Notes: generated by a model not told the origin, from the letters alone. A stretch of DNA of 64,000 nt from Hemiscyllium ocellatum (GCF_020745735.1 NC_083409.1:15223873-15287872); one strand, 5' to 3'; positions 11,540 through 24,295 are shown, counted from the stretch's first letter. Numbers and translations are program-made.

Positions 11540-12950
11540 CATTAACAATGGGGAAGTGGGAGAGGACAGAATGTACTGCAGGGTCCATGGAACTGTACCC
11601 CAGCAATGTGGTTGACCCTTAACTGCCCTCTGAAATGGCCGAGCAAAGCTCTCAGTTGTATCAATTATGACAATATTTCAACAAAGAAATGAGACCGGAC
11701 GGACCACAGGCATCGATCTAGACACAGAAAAGACAATGACAGAAACAGTCCTGTCTACCCTGCTCCATCCTCCTTACTGACATCTGGGAGCTAGGGCCAA
11801 ATTCAGGAGAGCTGTCTTACAGACTAGTCAAGCAACAGCCTGACACAGTCATACTCACAGAATCATACAGACAATGCCCCAGACACTACCATCACTGTCC
11901 CTGCATGTGTCCTGTCCCACCAGAAAGGCAGACCCAGTAGAGCTGATGACACAGTGGTCTACAGCCAGGAGGGAGTTACCCTGGGAAGTCTCAAAGTTGG
12001 CTCTGGACCCCGTGAAGACTCATGAAACTAAGTTAAACATGGGCGAGGAAACCTCCTGGTGATTACAAGATATCTTGCTCCCTCGGCTGATGAATCAGTC
12101 TCTCCTGGATGTTGAACAACATTTGGAGGAAGCACTGAGGGTGATGACAGCAGAGAGTGTACTCTGGGTGGGGGGGTTTCAATATCCACCACCGAGAGTG
12201 GCTCGGCAGCAGCATTACTGATCGAGCTGGTTGGTTCCTCATGGACGTAGCTGAGGACTGGCTCTGCAGCTGGTGGTGAAGGAACCAAAAATTTGGAAAA
12301 AGATGCTTGACCCCACCCTCACCAATCTTGTGGCTGTAGGTACATCTATCCTTGACAGTATTGGTAAGAGTGACCATCACACAGTCCTTGTAGAAACAAA
12401 GTTTGACCTTCACATTGAGAATCCCTCCATTGTGTTGTGTGGTACTATCACCGTACTGAATAGGACAGACTTTGGACAGATATTGCAACTAAAGTCAAGC
12501 TCATAAATGGGGATGATTGCCAAAGATTTCACAATGTTCAGCACCATTCTCAACTCCACAGATACTGAAGCAGTCCATGTTCAAATACAACAATATCTGG
12601 ACAATATCCAGGTTTCATCTCAGGAGCAGTCTTTCCTATCGGTGTCATGCAAATGCCAGCCAATGACCATCAGCAATAAGAGACAATCTAACCATCGTCC
12701 CTTGACAGTCAATGCTATTACCATCACTGAATCCCCACTATCAACATTCTTGAGATGCCATTGACCAGAAATACAACTGGACTCACCACAGAAGCATAGT
12801 GGTTACAAGAGCAGGTTAGAGGCTAGAAATACTGTATCGAGTAACTCACCTCCTGATTCCCCCAAAGCCTGTCAACCAAGTCAGGAGTGTGAGCAAATAC
12901 TCCCCACTTGCCTGGACAGGTGCAGCTCCAACAACATTCATAGACTGATA
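11540..12950 (+). mobile_element. Degenerate AP-endonuclease LINE of a family distinct from the dominant CR1
   Basis: Endonuclease-like remnant (LVKQQPDTVILTES). A same-strand copy lies at ~32040-32610, so these are independent insertions. Confidence 0.6.
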
Positions 12951-14042
12951 GTGTCACAGAGTCATATGGCAGAGAAACAAACCCTTAAGCCAAACTATTC
13001 CATGCTGACCAGGGTTTCTGAAGTGAACGAGTCTCATTTGCCTGCATTTGGCCCGTATCCCTCTAATCTATTCCTGTCTATGTCTTTCTCATCCAATCGA
13101 AAAGCTTGATACCATCCAGAGCCAAGCAACCTGCTTGATTGGCATCATATTCTCAAAGCATCCACTCTCACCATTCCCGATGCTCAGTAGCAGAAGTGTG
13201 TATTATCGATAAAATGCACTGCAGAAACTCACCAAAGGTCCTCAGATAGCACCTTCCAAACCCATGGACAAACATAGAAATCGCAGGAAAAGCTCAGTAG
13301 GACTGCCAGCATCTGGGGAGAGAAATCAGAGTTAATGTTTCGTGCTTGACCTGTGCATCTCTCTTCACAGATGATGCCAGACCTGCCGAGCTTTTCCAGC
13401 AATTTTGATCTTTATCTCGGATTCACAGCATCCGCATTTCTTTTGGTTTCCTTCCAAACCCACATCCACTTCTATTTCGGAGACCAGGAGCGGCAGACAC
13501 ATGGGAACACTATGAGCTGCAATTTCCCCTCGGAAAAGCTTAGCATCCTGACTTGGAAATATGTTGTTGATCCCTCAGCCTTGCTGGGTTAAAATACTAG
13601 CATTCCCTCCTGAAGAGCATTGTGAGTCAACTTACAGCTTGTGGACTACAGTGATTCAAGAAGGCAGCTTCCCACTGCCTTCTCCAGGGTAACTAGGGAC
13701 AGGGTAGAAAATGCTGGGACAGCTGGTGAAGCCCACTTCCCACGAGTGAATATGCAAAACCGAATGAAGTGTTCCTCAGGAGGGGAGAGGGAATGTTCAG
13801 GATCCTGAGCTCCATTTCCCAGCCCAGGCAGTTTGTCTCCCAATGAATGAATGAGATACCAATTTGGAACCCAGATTAAGGGCAGTCTTGCGCTGTCTAC
13901 CCAGGTCTACAAGAGACAATTAAGATCGAGCTGAAAAGGAAAGATTTGCTAGATTATGGGGAGAGAGAGGAGTAGTAGGACTGCTTGGGTCACTCACAGA
14001 CACAATGGGCTGAATGGCCTCCTCTTGTGCTGTCAGATTCCA

Positions 14043-14320
14043 GGGAGTGCAGATGGTTCACAGTTTTCTCCCGTCTCAGTAACAAAGGTCCAGCTGCTCT
14101 GAGCTCCTTCTTTCACTTCCTCTCTTGGTGAAGTTTCAACCTTGCGATCTGACAGTCTTTGCAGTTATTTTTTGCACTGGGGCTTTCTGCTGTGGTCAGA
14201 ATCTCTAATAATAAGTGTCCAATCAGTGACAATCACAGCAGCTAAGAGCAGTCAGGACTGAGAAGCCAGGCTCACTGGGAAACACATTGAAAAGATCAAA
14301 GCCATCCCCTTCAGCTCCCA
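14043..14320. promoter_or_regulatory. Candidate upstream B-cell enhancer, cluster 1 copy
   Basis: About 95% identical to 31578-31856. Contains an EICE TTTCACTTCC 14111-14120, E-box CAGCTG 14091-14096, kB-like GGGGCTTTCT 14179-14188, Runx TGTGGT 14191-14196 and a CCAAT box. Function is inferred. Confidence 0.55.
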
Positions 14321-14660
14321 GACTCTTTACTACCTTAGATTCATCTTTGAGGCTGATCTGATCTCCACATCCTCCACATCACAAAGATCAGACACTGCAA
14401 ATCTCAGCTATGTGATGGGGACTCCAAACATGACCATTCCAATGTTATCCTGGCCCACATCACAGCCACCACCTTCGGTAAACATCAACTCATCCCAAAC
14501 TCTGCTGCCAGTATCCGAACTCCCACCAAGTCCCATTCCCCCATTCCCTCCCCTTGTGCTCACTGACCAACATTGGCTCCTAGTCCAGCAACATCTTGAT
14601 TTGCAAGTTCTCATCCTTGTTCTCAAACCTCTCGCCTCCTTCCACCCTCCCCATCTCACC
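14320..14660 (+). mobile_element. L2-like LINE RT 3' remnant (paralogous copy 31200-31530, -)
   Basis: HWLLVQQHLDLQVLILVLKPL resembles the L2 HWLPxxxRIxFKILxLxxK motif. Confidence 0.6.
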
Positions 14661-15761
14661 CTCCAAACCACCTCACTCAGAGTGATCAACAATCTTGGAA
14701 ATATGGTTCTCTATTTCTTCATCCAAGTCATTGAGAAATATTGTGTGAAGCTGAGGTCCCAGCACAGATCCCTGGGGACACCACTATTCACATCTTGCTC
14801 ATTGGAGGACGTGCACATTATCCCTCCTCTCTGTCTCCTAGCTCTGGACCCAAGATAAATGCATTTCTCAAATTCCATCTGATTCCATGTCTCTTTTTAA
14901 ATGTCTTGTGGAATTCCCTATGGACAATAGCCATCAACATTCCCTTCTATCCCACATTAGTGAGCTCCTAACAAAGTGTAATCAGGTTAGTTAAAGATGT
15001 TTGAACCTTTGTAAATCCATGCTGACTCTCTCGGAACAGTTCATGTTAGTTAATCATTTGTTAGTCATCCTGTCTCTAAAAACAGATTCAATCAATTCCT
15101 GACAACAGACATTCAATGGAGATGTTCATTGTGAATGAGGTTAATATACAGCCAGCACTGACACGAGGGGCTGAACAGCCTCCTCCTGTGCTGGAGCCTT
15201 CTCTGTCTCCTTGACAGAAATATTTTACAGATTAAAAAATAAAGACCAACAGGAAATTTAAAAATACAAATTAAAACCGCCTCAAACAATTTCTATATAC
15301 AGGGCCAGGTGACGTGTAATTGCGATGGGGAAGCTGGTGGAGCCCATTGTAGCTCAGAGTGACCACATCTACAGCAAGTGTTGGTTGCTCAAGGCACTCC
15401 AGCTCAGAGTTGATGAGCTGGAATCTGAGCTTCAAACACTGTGACACATCAGGGAGGGGGAGAGTTACCTGGACACTGTGTTTGGGGAGACAGTTACATC
15501 TTGTAGGTTAAATACTTCAAATTATGGCCAGTGGTCAGGGACAGGAGGGTGTGACCAAAAGTGAACAGGTCGATGCAGCCTGGATTTAGCCTTTCAGGTG
15601 CCTCAGCTCCTTGTCCAACAGGAATGAGGTACTTGCTCCCTGTGTCAATGAGGAAAAGGATTGCTTTTGGAAACTAATGTGGATACACTGCAGAATGGTC
15701 AAGCGTGGTTTGGAGCATTTTGGCGATAGTGACCATAACTCTATCAGGTTCAAAGTCATTA

Positions 15762-16075
15762 AGATTAGATTAGATTAGATTCCCTACAGTGTGGAAACAG
15801 GCCCTTCAGCCCAACAAGTCCACACCAACCCTCCAAAGAGTAACCCACCCTCGTCTGACTAATGCACCTAACAACCATGGACAATTTAACACGGGCTATT
15901 CACCTGACCTGCACATCTTTGGAATGTGGGAGGAGACCGGAGTACCCAGAGAAAACCTATGCAGACACGGGGAGAACATGCAAACTCCACACAGACAGTT
16001 GGCCAAGGCCAGAATAAAACCTGGGACCCTGGCGCTGTGAAGCAGCAGTGCTAACCACTGAGCCACTGTGTCACC
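15762..16075 (-). mobile_element. V-SINE
   Basis: Full head-to-tail reverse-complement match to the other V-SINE copies. Confidence 0.9.
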
Positions 16076-16432
16076 CTTTACTTATGTTAAGTAAAGAGAT
16101 AATGATAGAGCAGAAATTAAGTGTCAAAACAGGGGGAAGGCCAATTTTGACACCATTAGCTAGGCTAACACAGGGGGAGACAATGGCCATTGGTATTATC
16201 GCTGGACTATTAATCCAGAAACTCAGCTAATGTTCTGGGAACCTGGGTTCAAATCCTGCCATGGCAGACAGTGGAATTTGAATTCAAGAATGGTTCTGGA
16301 ATTAAGAAGCTATTGGTGATATTAATCCATTGTTGATTGTGGAGAATACTCATTCAGTTCACTAATAACCTTTAGAGGAGAAAATCTGTCATCCTTACCC
16401 AGCCTTAAATGTGACTCCAGACACACAGCAAT

Positions 16433-16768
16433 GGGTGGTATTGTGACTTAGTAGTTAGCACTGCTGCCTCTCAGTGCCAGGATCCCGAGTTTAATTCATT
16501 CTAGGGCGACCGTCTGTGTGGAGTTTGCACGTTCACCTGATTTCTACAGGTGCTTTGGTTTCCTCCCACAATTTAAAGATGTGCAAGCTAGATGGATTGG
16601 TCATGCTAAATTACCCATAGTGTTCAGGGATGTGTAGATTAGGTGCATTAACCATGGGAGATGCAGGGATAAAGGGATACATCTGAATGGGATGCTCCTC
16701 AGAATGTTGGTGTAGACTCATGGGGTTGAATGGCCTGTTTCACACTGTATGGAACCTATGATTCTATG
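16433..16768 (+). mobile_element. V-SINE (older, diverged)
   Basis: tRNA-like head and V-domain present. Confidence 0.85.
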
Positions 16769-16899
16769 ATTTCATGTGGTTGTCTGTTAACTGCCCTATG
16801 GGCAGGAAATGCTGGCTTGGCCAGAGATGCCCATATCCTATGAATGAATGAAAGAAAACCACTGCACCGTGGGCCAGGAGGCCATTCAGGCTGGGGGAC

Positions 16900-19035
16900 C
16901 ACAAAGGAAAGAGGGGGATTTGATAATGAGGGGCACTGATAGCATCCTTTGTGAACAGGATTGAGTGTCCTGCATGGTGTGTTGCCTGCCTGGTGCCAAG
17001 ATAAGGGGCATCTCGAACCGGCTTGAAAGTATAATGGAGTGCGGGGGTGGGGGAAATGGGGGAGGATCTAGTTGTTGTGTGTGTTGGGACCAACAACCTA
17101 AGTGAAAATTGGCAAAAGGTCATATTTGGGCAATATCAGGAAAGCTATCAGAAGAGAGAAGTAAGAAAGAGGTGAATACAGCATCAGTGCTGAGGAACAG
17201 ATTCCAGTGAATGGACCAAATAAGAGTTTGAAATATACGAATGCACTGAGTGTAAGGAATATATTCAATAATCTGCACGCACAAATTCAAATTAAAGATT
17301 TTGCTATAGGATCAATTACTGAGACATATTTACAGAATCGTTAGGATTGGGAACTAAATTTATCCGGTTAGAAGGTTCACAGGATGGACATGGGGAAATG
17401 ACAGAAGAGGTGGAGCAGCTATATTGATTAGAAACACAAAGACTTCAATGGTGAGGGAGGTTATAATGAGGGGAAAGCATTCAGTGCAACTGAGGACCAG
17501 AAAGGGATCTAAAACTGTCATAAATATTGTGTGCATCCCACCACCCCCCACCCCCCAGACACACACACACTCCGCCAACAGCAGCTCTGAGGTGCTGGAT
17601 TGTAATATATACAAAAATTAGACAAGTGTGTAGCAAAGCCAGTGTATTATTAATGGGGAAGTTTAACTTTAACTTAGATTGGGAGACAGACAAGCCCTCT
17701 GTCAGAAAGATAGTGAATTGCTGCTGAATAGTTTCCAACAGCAATAGGTCCTGGATACAACAAGGGGACAAGCAATATTGGAATTAGTAATGAATAATGA
17801 GCCAGATTTAGTTCGTAACTATTTGTGCATGAATATTTATCAAATAGTGATCATAACATGATCGAGTTCAGTGTCGCATTTGAAAGTAAAAAGCATGAAT
17901 CAGCTGCTAGAGTTTGAGATTAAGGTAAGGGCCGACTTTAATGAGATGCGACAGAGACTGTCCACAGTAATCTGGGAAAATCTGCTCATGGATAAAACAA
18001 CTGAAGAACAGTGGGGAATATTTAAAGGAACATTCAACTCAAAACAAAGCCAGTTTATACCTGAGAGGGAAAAGGTCCACTTCTTAGAACAAACAACAAA
18101 GGACAATTAAAGAGATAAGGAAAAGACAAGGGTTTACAATAAAGCAAATAAAATAACAGGTTCTGCTGAATGGGAAAGATACAAAGGGCCACAATGTAGC
18201 TAAGAGCCACCAAAAGGGATGCTGAAAGGGAACATATAAGGGAAATCAAAATCAATAAGGAGAAATGCTACAGTTCCATAAAAGGGAAGCTGGGAGGTCA
18301 GGAGCAATGTTGGCCATTTTAAAACTGAAAGTGAGGGATCTTGTCAGTGACAATGGGGAGATGACAGCCATGTTAAATAAATACTTTACCTCAAGATTTG
18401 CAGTAGAAAAGGAAAAGGATTTGCCTGAATTCCCAAAGGAAATAACAGAGGATCAGGCACAGGGATTGAATAAAATTTCATGTCAGTAAAATATCCATAA
18501 TGAGGAAATTAATCGAACTAAAGAGTGACAAATTCTCAGAACCTAGGTTTCCATCTGAGGGTGATAAAGGTAGTAACAGATCACAGCGTAGACACCCTGA
18601 CTATAATCTTTCAGAATGATTCCTGAAGAAGGGCTCAAGCCCGAAACATCGATTCTCCTGCTCCTTGGATGCTGCCTGACCTGCTGTGCTTAACCAGCAA
18701 CACATTTTCAGCTATAATCTTTCAGAGTTCCCTGGATACAGCAGTCATACCTCTGGATTGGAAAATTGCAAATATCACCTCACATTTAACAAGGATGTGA
18801 GAGAAAAACCAGGAAATTACAGGTCATTAAGCCAATATTTGTGGTGTGGAAATTGTTGTAGTCTATAATCAAGGATTGGGGGTAACTGAAGACCTTGAAA
18901 ATGGTCAGTTAACCAGGGAGAGCATGGATTCATGACAAGTTGGTCACGCTGAAAAAATCTCATTGAACATTTTTGAAGAGGATACAAAAGTCTTGGACAC
19001 AGTAATGTCAATGGATGTTGTTTACAGGGGCTTCC
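16900..19035 (+). mobile_element. Degenerate CR1 (ORF1 esterase, endonuclease, first half of RT)
   Basis: CLPGAK...VVCVGTNN SGNH-like motif, endonuclease remnants, and RT ending at MDVVY. Confidence 0.75.
18616..18711 (+). mobile_element. 96-bp Penelope-derived mini-insertion with hammerhead-like core and 15-bp TSD
   Basis: CTATAATCTTTCAGA at 18601-18615 and 18712-18726. Core CTGAAGA-A-GGGC-TCAA-GCCC-GAAAC at 18623-18647. Confidence 0.85.
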
Positions 19036-19069
19036 CTCTCTGCCCCACCTACCCCCCCCCCCCCCCCGC

Positions 19070-20361
19070 AGTACTCCAGGTGTGGCCTCACCAACACCCT
19101 GTACAGCTGCAACATAACCTTCCCGCTTTTTAAACTCAATCCCTTTAGCAATGAAGGACAAAATTCCATTTGCCTTCCTAATTGTTTGTTGTACCTGTAA
19201 CCAACCCTCTGTGATTCATGCATAAGGATACTCAAGGCACATGCCTTTCATTGTGTATATCCTTCCCTTATTAGACCTCCCAAGTTAGATCACCTCAGAG
19301 GTATCAGGATTAAATTACATCTGCCATTGCTCTGCCCAAGTTACCAGCTGACCAATATCAGACTGTAGCCTGAGACCCGGTAATCCAAGATGGCAGCAGA
19401 GTAGGATGCTTCAGCCCGAGTTCATCTGCTTCGTCTGTTTCCTTTTCTTCTTTCTATTCCACTTCTCTTTTCCTTTTCTTTTGTGTTTTTCTTTTGTTCT
19501 TCTCCCTTATTTCTTCTCCTGGGCACCGACTCCCAGCCTCAGTCGCCAGGCCTCTGACCAAGTGCAGACCTAATGATGTGGCCTCCTGGCTTGGTGTGGC
19601 AGTGTCCTGGCCTGGCAGGGAGATCTTCCAGCCCAACAAGACAGACTCTTGGTCCAACATGATGGCCTCTCAGTTCAATGTGGTGGCCTCTCAGCCCAGC
19701 ATGCTAGACTGTCAGCCCAGCGCGATGGTCACTCGGCCTAGTGTAGCGATTTCTGAGTGGCCCAGAGTGGGTGTCTCTCAGCCCACATAGTGGTCCTTTC
19801 TGTATATGGTGGCCTCTCCACCAGGGAAGGCCTCAGCCAGGACTTCTGGACTCGAGATGATTACTTAAAGTATGATCCCATGGTTGCTAAGTTCTAAAGA
19901 AAGGCTATAATTCTTGAACTTTCAGCTTTATTTCTTCATTTTCTACTTAAAACTAAAAAGATCTGCAACGTGTAACTTTGAACTTTATTCTTTCTTTCTA
20001 CCTTGTTCTTACGATTCTGTACTGAGGTCCTTGTACCTAAGATGGCACCTTGTGAGGTGACGTTACACACTTTTCACTGTACTCCAATACTTTTGCACTC
20101 GAGTACATGTGACAATAAACTAAAATAAAAATCAAATCAATATCAATAACACCACCAATTTATGTGGCCTCTGAAAACTTTCTAATTATACAATCACAGT
20201 CAATTTGTTAATGTACATTACAAACAGCAAGGGTCCCAGCCCCAATCCCTGCCTAAAACCACTGGTCACAGGCTTCCAATCACAAAGACAACCCTCCACC
20301 ATCACTCTTTGCCTCATATTTGGATCCAATTTGCCAAAATGCCTTGGATCCCATGGGCTCT
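19070..20361 (-). mobile_element. CR1 RT second half in inverted orientation, interrupted by nested element
   Basis: Minus strand reads RAHGIQGILANWIQ ... LQLYRVLVRPHLEYC. Confidence 0.8.
19375..20140 (+). mobile_element. Non-autonomous LINE-derived-like element nested in CR1
   Basis: Starts with caagatggc, contains internal ggcctctcagccc repeats, and ends ttcactgtac...catgtgacaataaa plus an AAAT-type tail reminiscent of Rex/L2 3' ends. CR1 resumes on both sides. Confidence 0.5.
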
Positions 20362-23300
20362 GACCATAACTTCAGGAAAGGCCAGAGAGGTGCAGGTGTC
20401 TTCTGTGGCTATTCCCATTTCAAACAAGTATGCTGCTTTGGAAAATGTAGGGAGTGATGGAAACTCAGGGGTACTGAGCATGAGCAGCCAAGTTCCTGGT
20501 ATTGACACTGGCTCTAATGTAATGGGACGTACGTCGGGTTCCAAATGATCGACTGTGTTAGGGGACTCTCGAGCCCGAGGAACAGAAGACGTTTCTGTGG
20601 CCAGCAGTGAAAAATCAGAATGGTGTGTTGCTTCCCTGGTGCCAGGATCAAGGATGTCTCAGGGAAGGTGCAGAATGTTCTTAAGGTGGAGAGGGACCAG
20701 CAGGAGGCCATTGTACACTTTGGAACCAACGACATAGGAAGGGAAAAGGTTGAGATTCTGAAGGGAGATTGCAGAGAGTTAGGCAGGAATTTAAAAAGGA
20801 GATCCTCGAGAGTAGTAATATCTAAATTACCCCCAGTGCTATGAGCTAGTGAGGGCAGGAATAGGAGGATAGAGCAGATGAATGCATGGCTAAGGAGCTG
20901 GTGTATGGGAGAAGGATTCACATTTTTGGATCTTTGGAAGCTGTTTTGAGGTAGAAGTGACCTGTACAAGAAGGACAGATTGCATCTAAATTGGAAGGGG
21001 ACTAATATACTGGCAGGGAGATTTGCTAGAGCTGCTCGGCAGGATTTAAACTAGTAAGATGGGTGGGAGGGACCCAGGGAGATAGTGAGGAAAGATTTCA
21101 ATCTAAGATTGGTACAGTTGAGAACAAAGGCAAGTCAAACAGTCAGGGCAGGCAGGGACAAAGCAGAGAACAAGGTAAGACTGATAAATTAAACTGCATT
21201 TATTTCAGTGCAAGAGGCCTAACAGGGAAGGAAGATGAACATAGGGCGCGGTTAGGAACATGGGACTGGGATAGCATAGCAATTACAGAAACATGGCTCG
21301 GGGATAGACAGGACTGGCTGTTTCATGTTCTAGGATACAAATGCTACGGGAAGGACAGAAAGGGAGGCAAGAGAGGAGGGGGAGTGGCATTTTTGATAAG
21401 GGATAGCATTACAGCAGTACTTAGGGAGGATATTCCCAGAAATACATCCAGGGAAGTTATTTGGGTGGAACTGAGAAAAAAGAAGGGGATAATCACCTTC
21501 TTGGGATTATATTATAGCCCCCCTCCAGTAGTCAGCGGGAAATTGAGAAATAGATTTTTAAGGAGATTTCAGTTATCAGTAAGAATAATGGGGTGGTTAT
21601 AGTAGGGGATTTTAACTTTCCAAACATAGACTGGGACTGCCATAGTGTTAAGAATTTAGATGGAGAGGAATATGTTAAGTGTGTACAAGACAATTTTCTG
21701 ATTCAGTATGTGGATGTACCTCCTAGAGAAGGTGCAAAGCTCGACCTACTCTTGGAAATAAGGCAGGGCAGGTGACTGAGGTGCAAGTGGAGGAGCACTT
21801 TTGGTCAGCGACCATAATTCTATTCATTTTAAAATAGTGATGGAAAAGGATAGACCAGATCCAGAAGTTGAAGTTCTAAATTGGAGGAAGGCTAATTTTG
21901 CCAGTATCAGGCACGGTGGCACAGTGGTTAACACTGCTGCCTCACAGTGCCAGTGCCCCGGGTTCAATTCCCACCTCAGGCAACTGTCTGTGTGCAGTTT
22001 GCACATACTCCCCATGTCAGCGTGGGTTTCCTCCCCAGTCTAAAAAAGTGCAGGTTAGGTGAATTGGCCATGCTAAATTGTCCATAGTGTTAGGTGAAGG
22101 GATAAACATAGGGGAATGGGTCTGGGTGGGTTGCTCTTCGGAGGGTCCGTCTGGACTTGTTGGGCTGAAGGGCCTGTTTCCACACTAAGTAATCTAATCT
22201 AAAACTCTGAAAAGCTGATTGGGGGAAGTTGCTCACAGGTAAAGGGACAGCTGGAAAATGAGAAGCCTTCAGAAATGAGATAACTTGAGTCCAGAGAAAG
22301 TATATTTTAGTTCGGGTGAAAGGAAAGGCTGGTAGGTGTAGGGAATATTGGATGACAAGAAACATTGAGGGTTTGGTTAAGAAAAAGAATGGAGCATATG
22401 TCAGGTATAGACAGGATAGATCGAGTGAATCCTGAGAGGTATACAAAGGCAGTAGGAGTATTCTTAAGAGGGAAATCAGGAGGGCAACAAGGGGACATGA
22501 GAATGTTTTGGCAAATAAGGTTAAGGAGAATCCAGAGGGATTTTACGAATACATTAAGGACAAGAGAGTAACTAAGGAGAGAATAGGGCCCCTCAAAGAT
22601 CAGCAAGGCGACCTTTGTGTGGAGCCGCAGGAGATGGGGCAGATACTAAACGAGTATTTTGCTTCTGTTTAACTGTGGAGAAGGATATTGAAGATATAGA
22701 ACGTAAAGTAATAGATGGTGACATCTTGAAAAATGTTCATATTTCAGACGAGGAGGTGCTAGATGTCTTGAAATGCATAAAAGTGGATAAATCCCCAGGA
22801 CCTAATTAGGTGTACCCTAGGACTCTGTGGGAAGCTAGGGAAGTGATTGCTGGGCCTCTTACTGTGATATTTGTATCCTCAATAGTCACAGATGATGTGC
22901 CAGAAGACTGGAGGTTCACTAATTGGTGCCACTATTTAAGAAAGGTGGTAAGGACAAGTCAGGGAATTGTAGACCAATGAGCCGGAATCCTGAGGGACAA
23001 ATTGTCCATACATTTGGAAAGGCAAAGACTGATTAGGGTTGGGCAGCATGGTTTTGTGTGTGGGAAATCATGTCTCACAAACTTGATTGAATCTTTTGAA
23101 GAAGTAACAGAAAGAATTGATAAGGGCAGAGCATTAGACAGGATCTGAATGGACTTCAATAAGGCATTCGACAAGGTTCCCCATGGGAGACAGGTTAGCA
23201 AGGTTAGATCTCATGGAATACAGGAGAACTAGCCATTTGGATACAGAACTGGCTCAAAGGTAGAATACAGAGGGTGGTAGTGGAGGGATGTTTTTCAGAT

Positions 23301-24295
23301 TGGAGGCCTGTGGCCAGTGGATTGTCATAAGGATTGATGCTGGGTCAACTACTTTTTGTCATTTACATAAATGATTTGGATATGAACATAGGCGGTAGAG
23401 TTAGTAAGTTTGCAAATGACATGAAAATTGGAGGTGAAGTGGACAGTGAAGAAGGTTACGTCAGATTACAATAGGATCTTGATCCAATGGGCAATTGAGC
23501 TGAGGAATGGCAGATGGAATTTAATTTAGATAAATGTAAGGTGTTGCATTTGGGAAAGCAAATCTGAGCAGGACTTATACTCTTAATAGTAAGGTCCTCG
23601 GGAGTGTTGCTGAACAAAGAGACTTTAGAGTGCATGTTCATAGCTCCTTGAAAGTAGAGTAGTAGTTGGATAGGATAATGAAGAAGACATTCGATATGCT
23701 TTCCTTTAATGGTCAGATTATTGAGTATAGGAATTGGGAGGTCACCTAGGCCACTTTTGAAGTATTGCATTCAATTCTGGTCTCCTTCCTATCAGAAAGA
23801 TGTTGTGAAACTTGAAAGGGTTCAGAAAAGATATAAAAGGATGTTACCAGGGTTGGAGGATTTAAGCTATAGGGAGAGGTTAAATAGGCTGGGGATATTT
23901 CCCCTGGAGTGTCGGAGGCTGAGGAGTGACCTTACAGAGGTTTATGAAATCATGAGGGGCATGGATAGGGCAAAGAGACCAAGTCTTTTCCCTGGGGTGG
24001 TGGAGTCCAGTAATAGAGGGCGTAGGTTTAGGGTAAGAGGGGAAAGATATAAAAGAGACTTGAGGAGCAACTTTTTCATGCACAAGGTGGTGAGAGCAGA
24101 GGAAGTGGTAGAGGCTGGTACAATTGCAACATTTAAAAGGCATCTGAATGGGTATATGAATTGGAAGGGTTTGGAGGGATCTGGGCCAGGAGTTGGCAGG
24201 TGGGACTAGATTGGTTTGGGATGTCTGGTCAGCATGGACAAGTTGGACCGAAGGGTCTGTTTCCATTCTGAATATCTCTTTGACTCTGTGACTCT
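20362..24295 (+). mobile_element. Near full-length degenerate CR1 LINE (ORF1 esterase + ORF2 EN/RT)
   Basis: CFPGARIKDV...HFGTNDIG; LNCIYFSARGL...AITETWL; IVGDFNFPNIDW; RT motifs; GACTCTGT tail. Multiple stops and frameshifts. Confidence 0.9.
21910..22202 (+). mobile_element. V-SINE nested in CR1 ORF2
   Basis: Complete SINE interrupting the CR1 reading frame. Confidence 0.9.

Larger units (their letters stand above)
740..14870 (-). repeat. Left arm of head-to-head inverted segmental duplication (cluster 1 unit)
   Basis: Collinear reverse-complement matches to ~31010-46370: 740-1040/46080-46370, 1440-2900/44640-45900, 4060-4350/39780-40140, 7025-11160/35140-38945, 14043-14870/31010-31856. 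Confidence 0.9.

Noticed and set aside
11821-12430. Part of the inverted duplication matching 32040-32610
   Set aside because: Both copies are on the + strand, so they are independent insertions of the same LINE family.
12647-12654. Perfect octamer ATGCAAAT
   Set aside because: It lies inside a decayed LINE and has no counterpart in cluster 2.
19052-19067. C16 run as a functional G-quadruplex
   Set aside because: It sits at a TE junction, is unique to the spacer, and has no supporting context.
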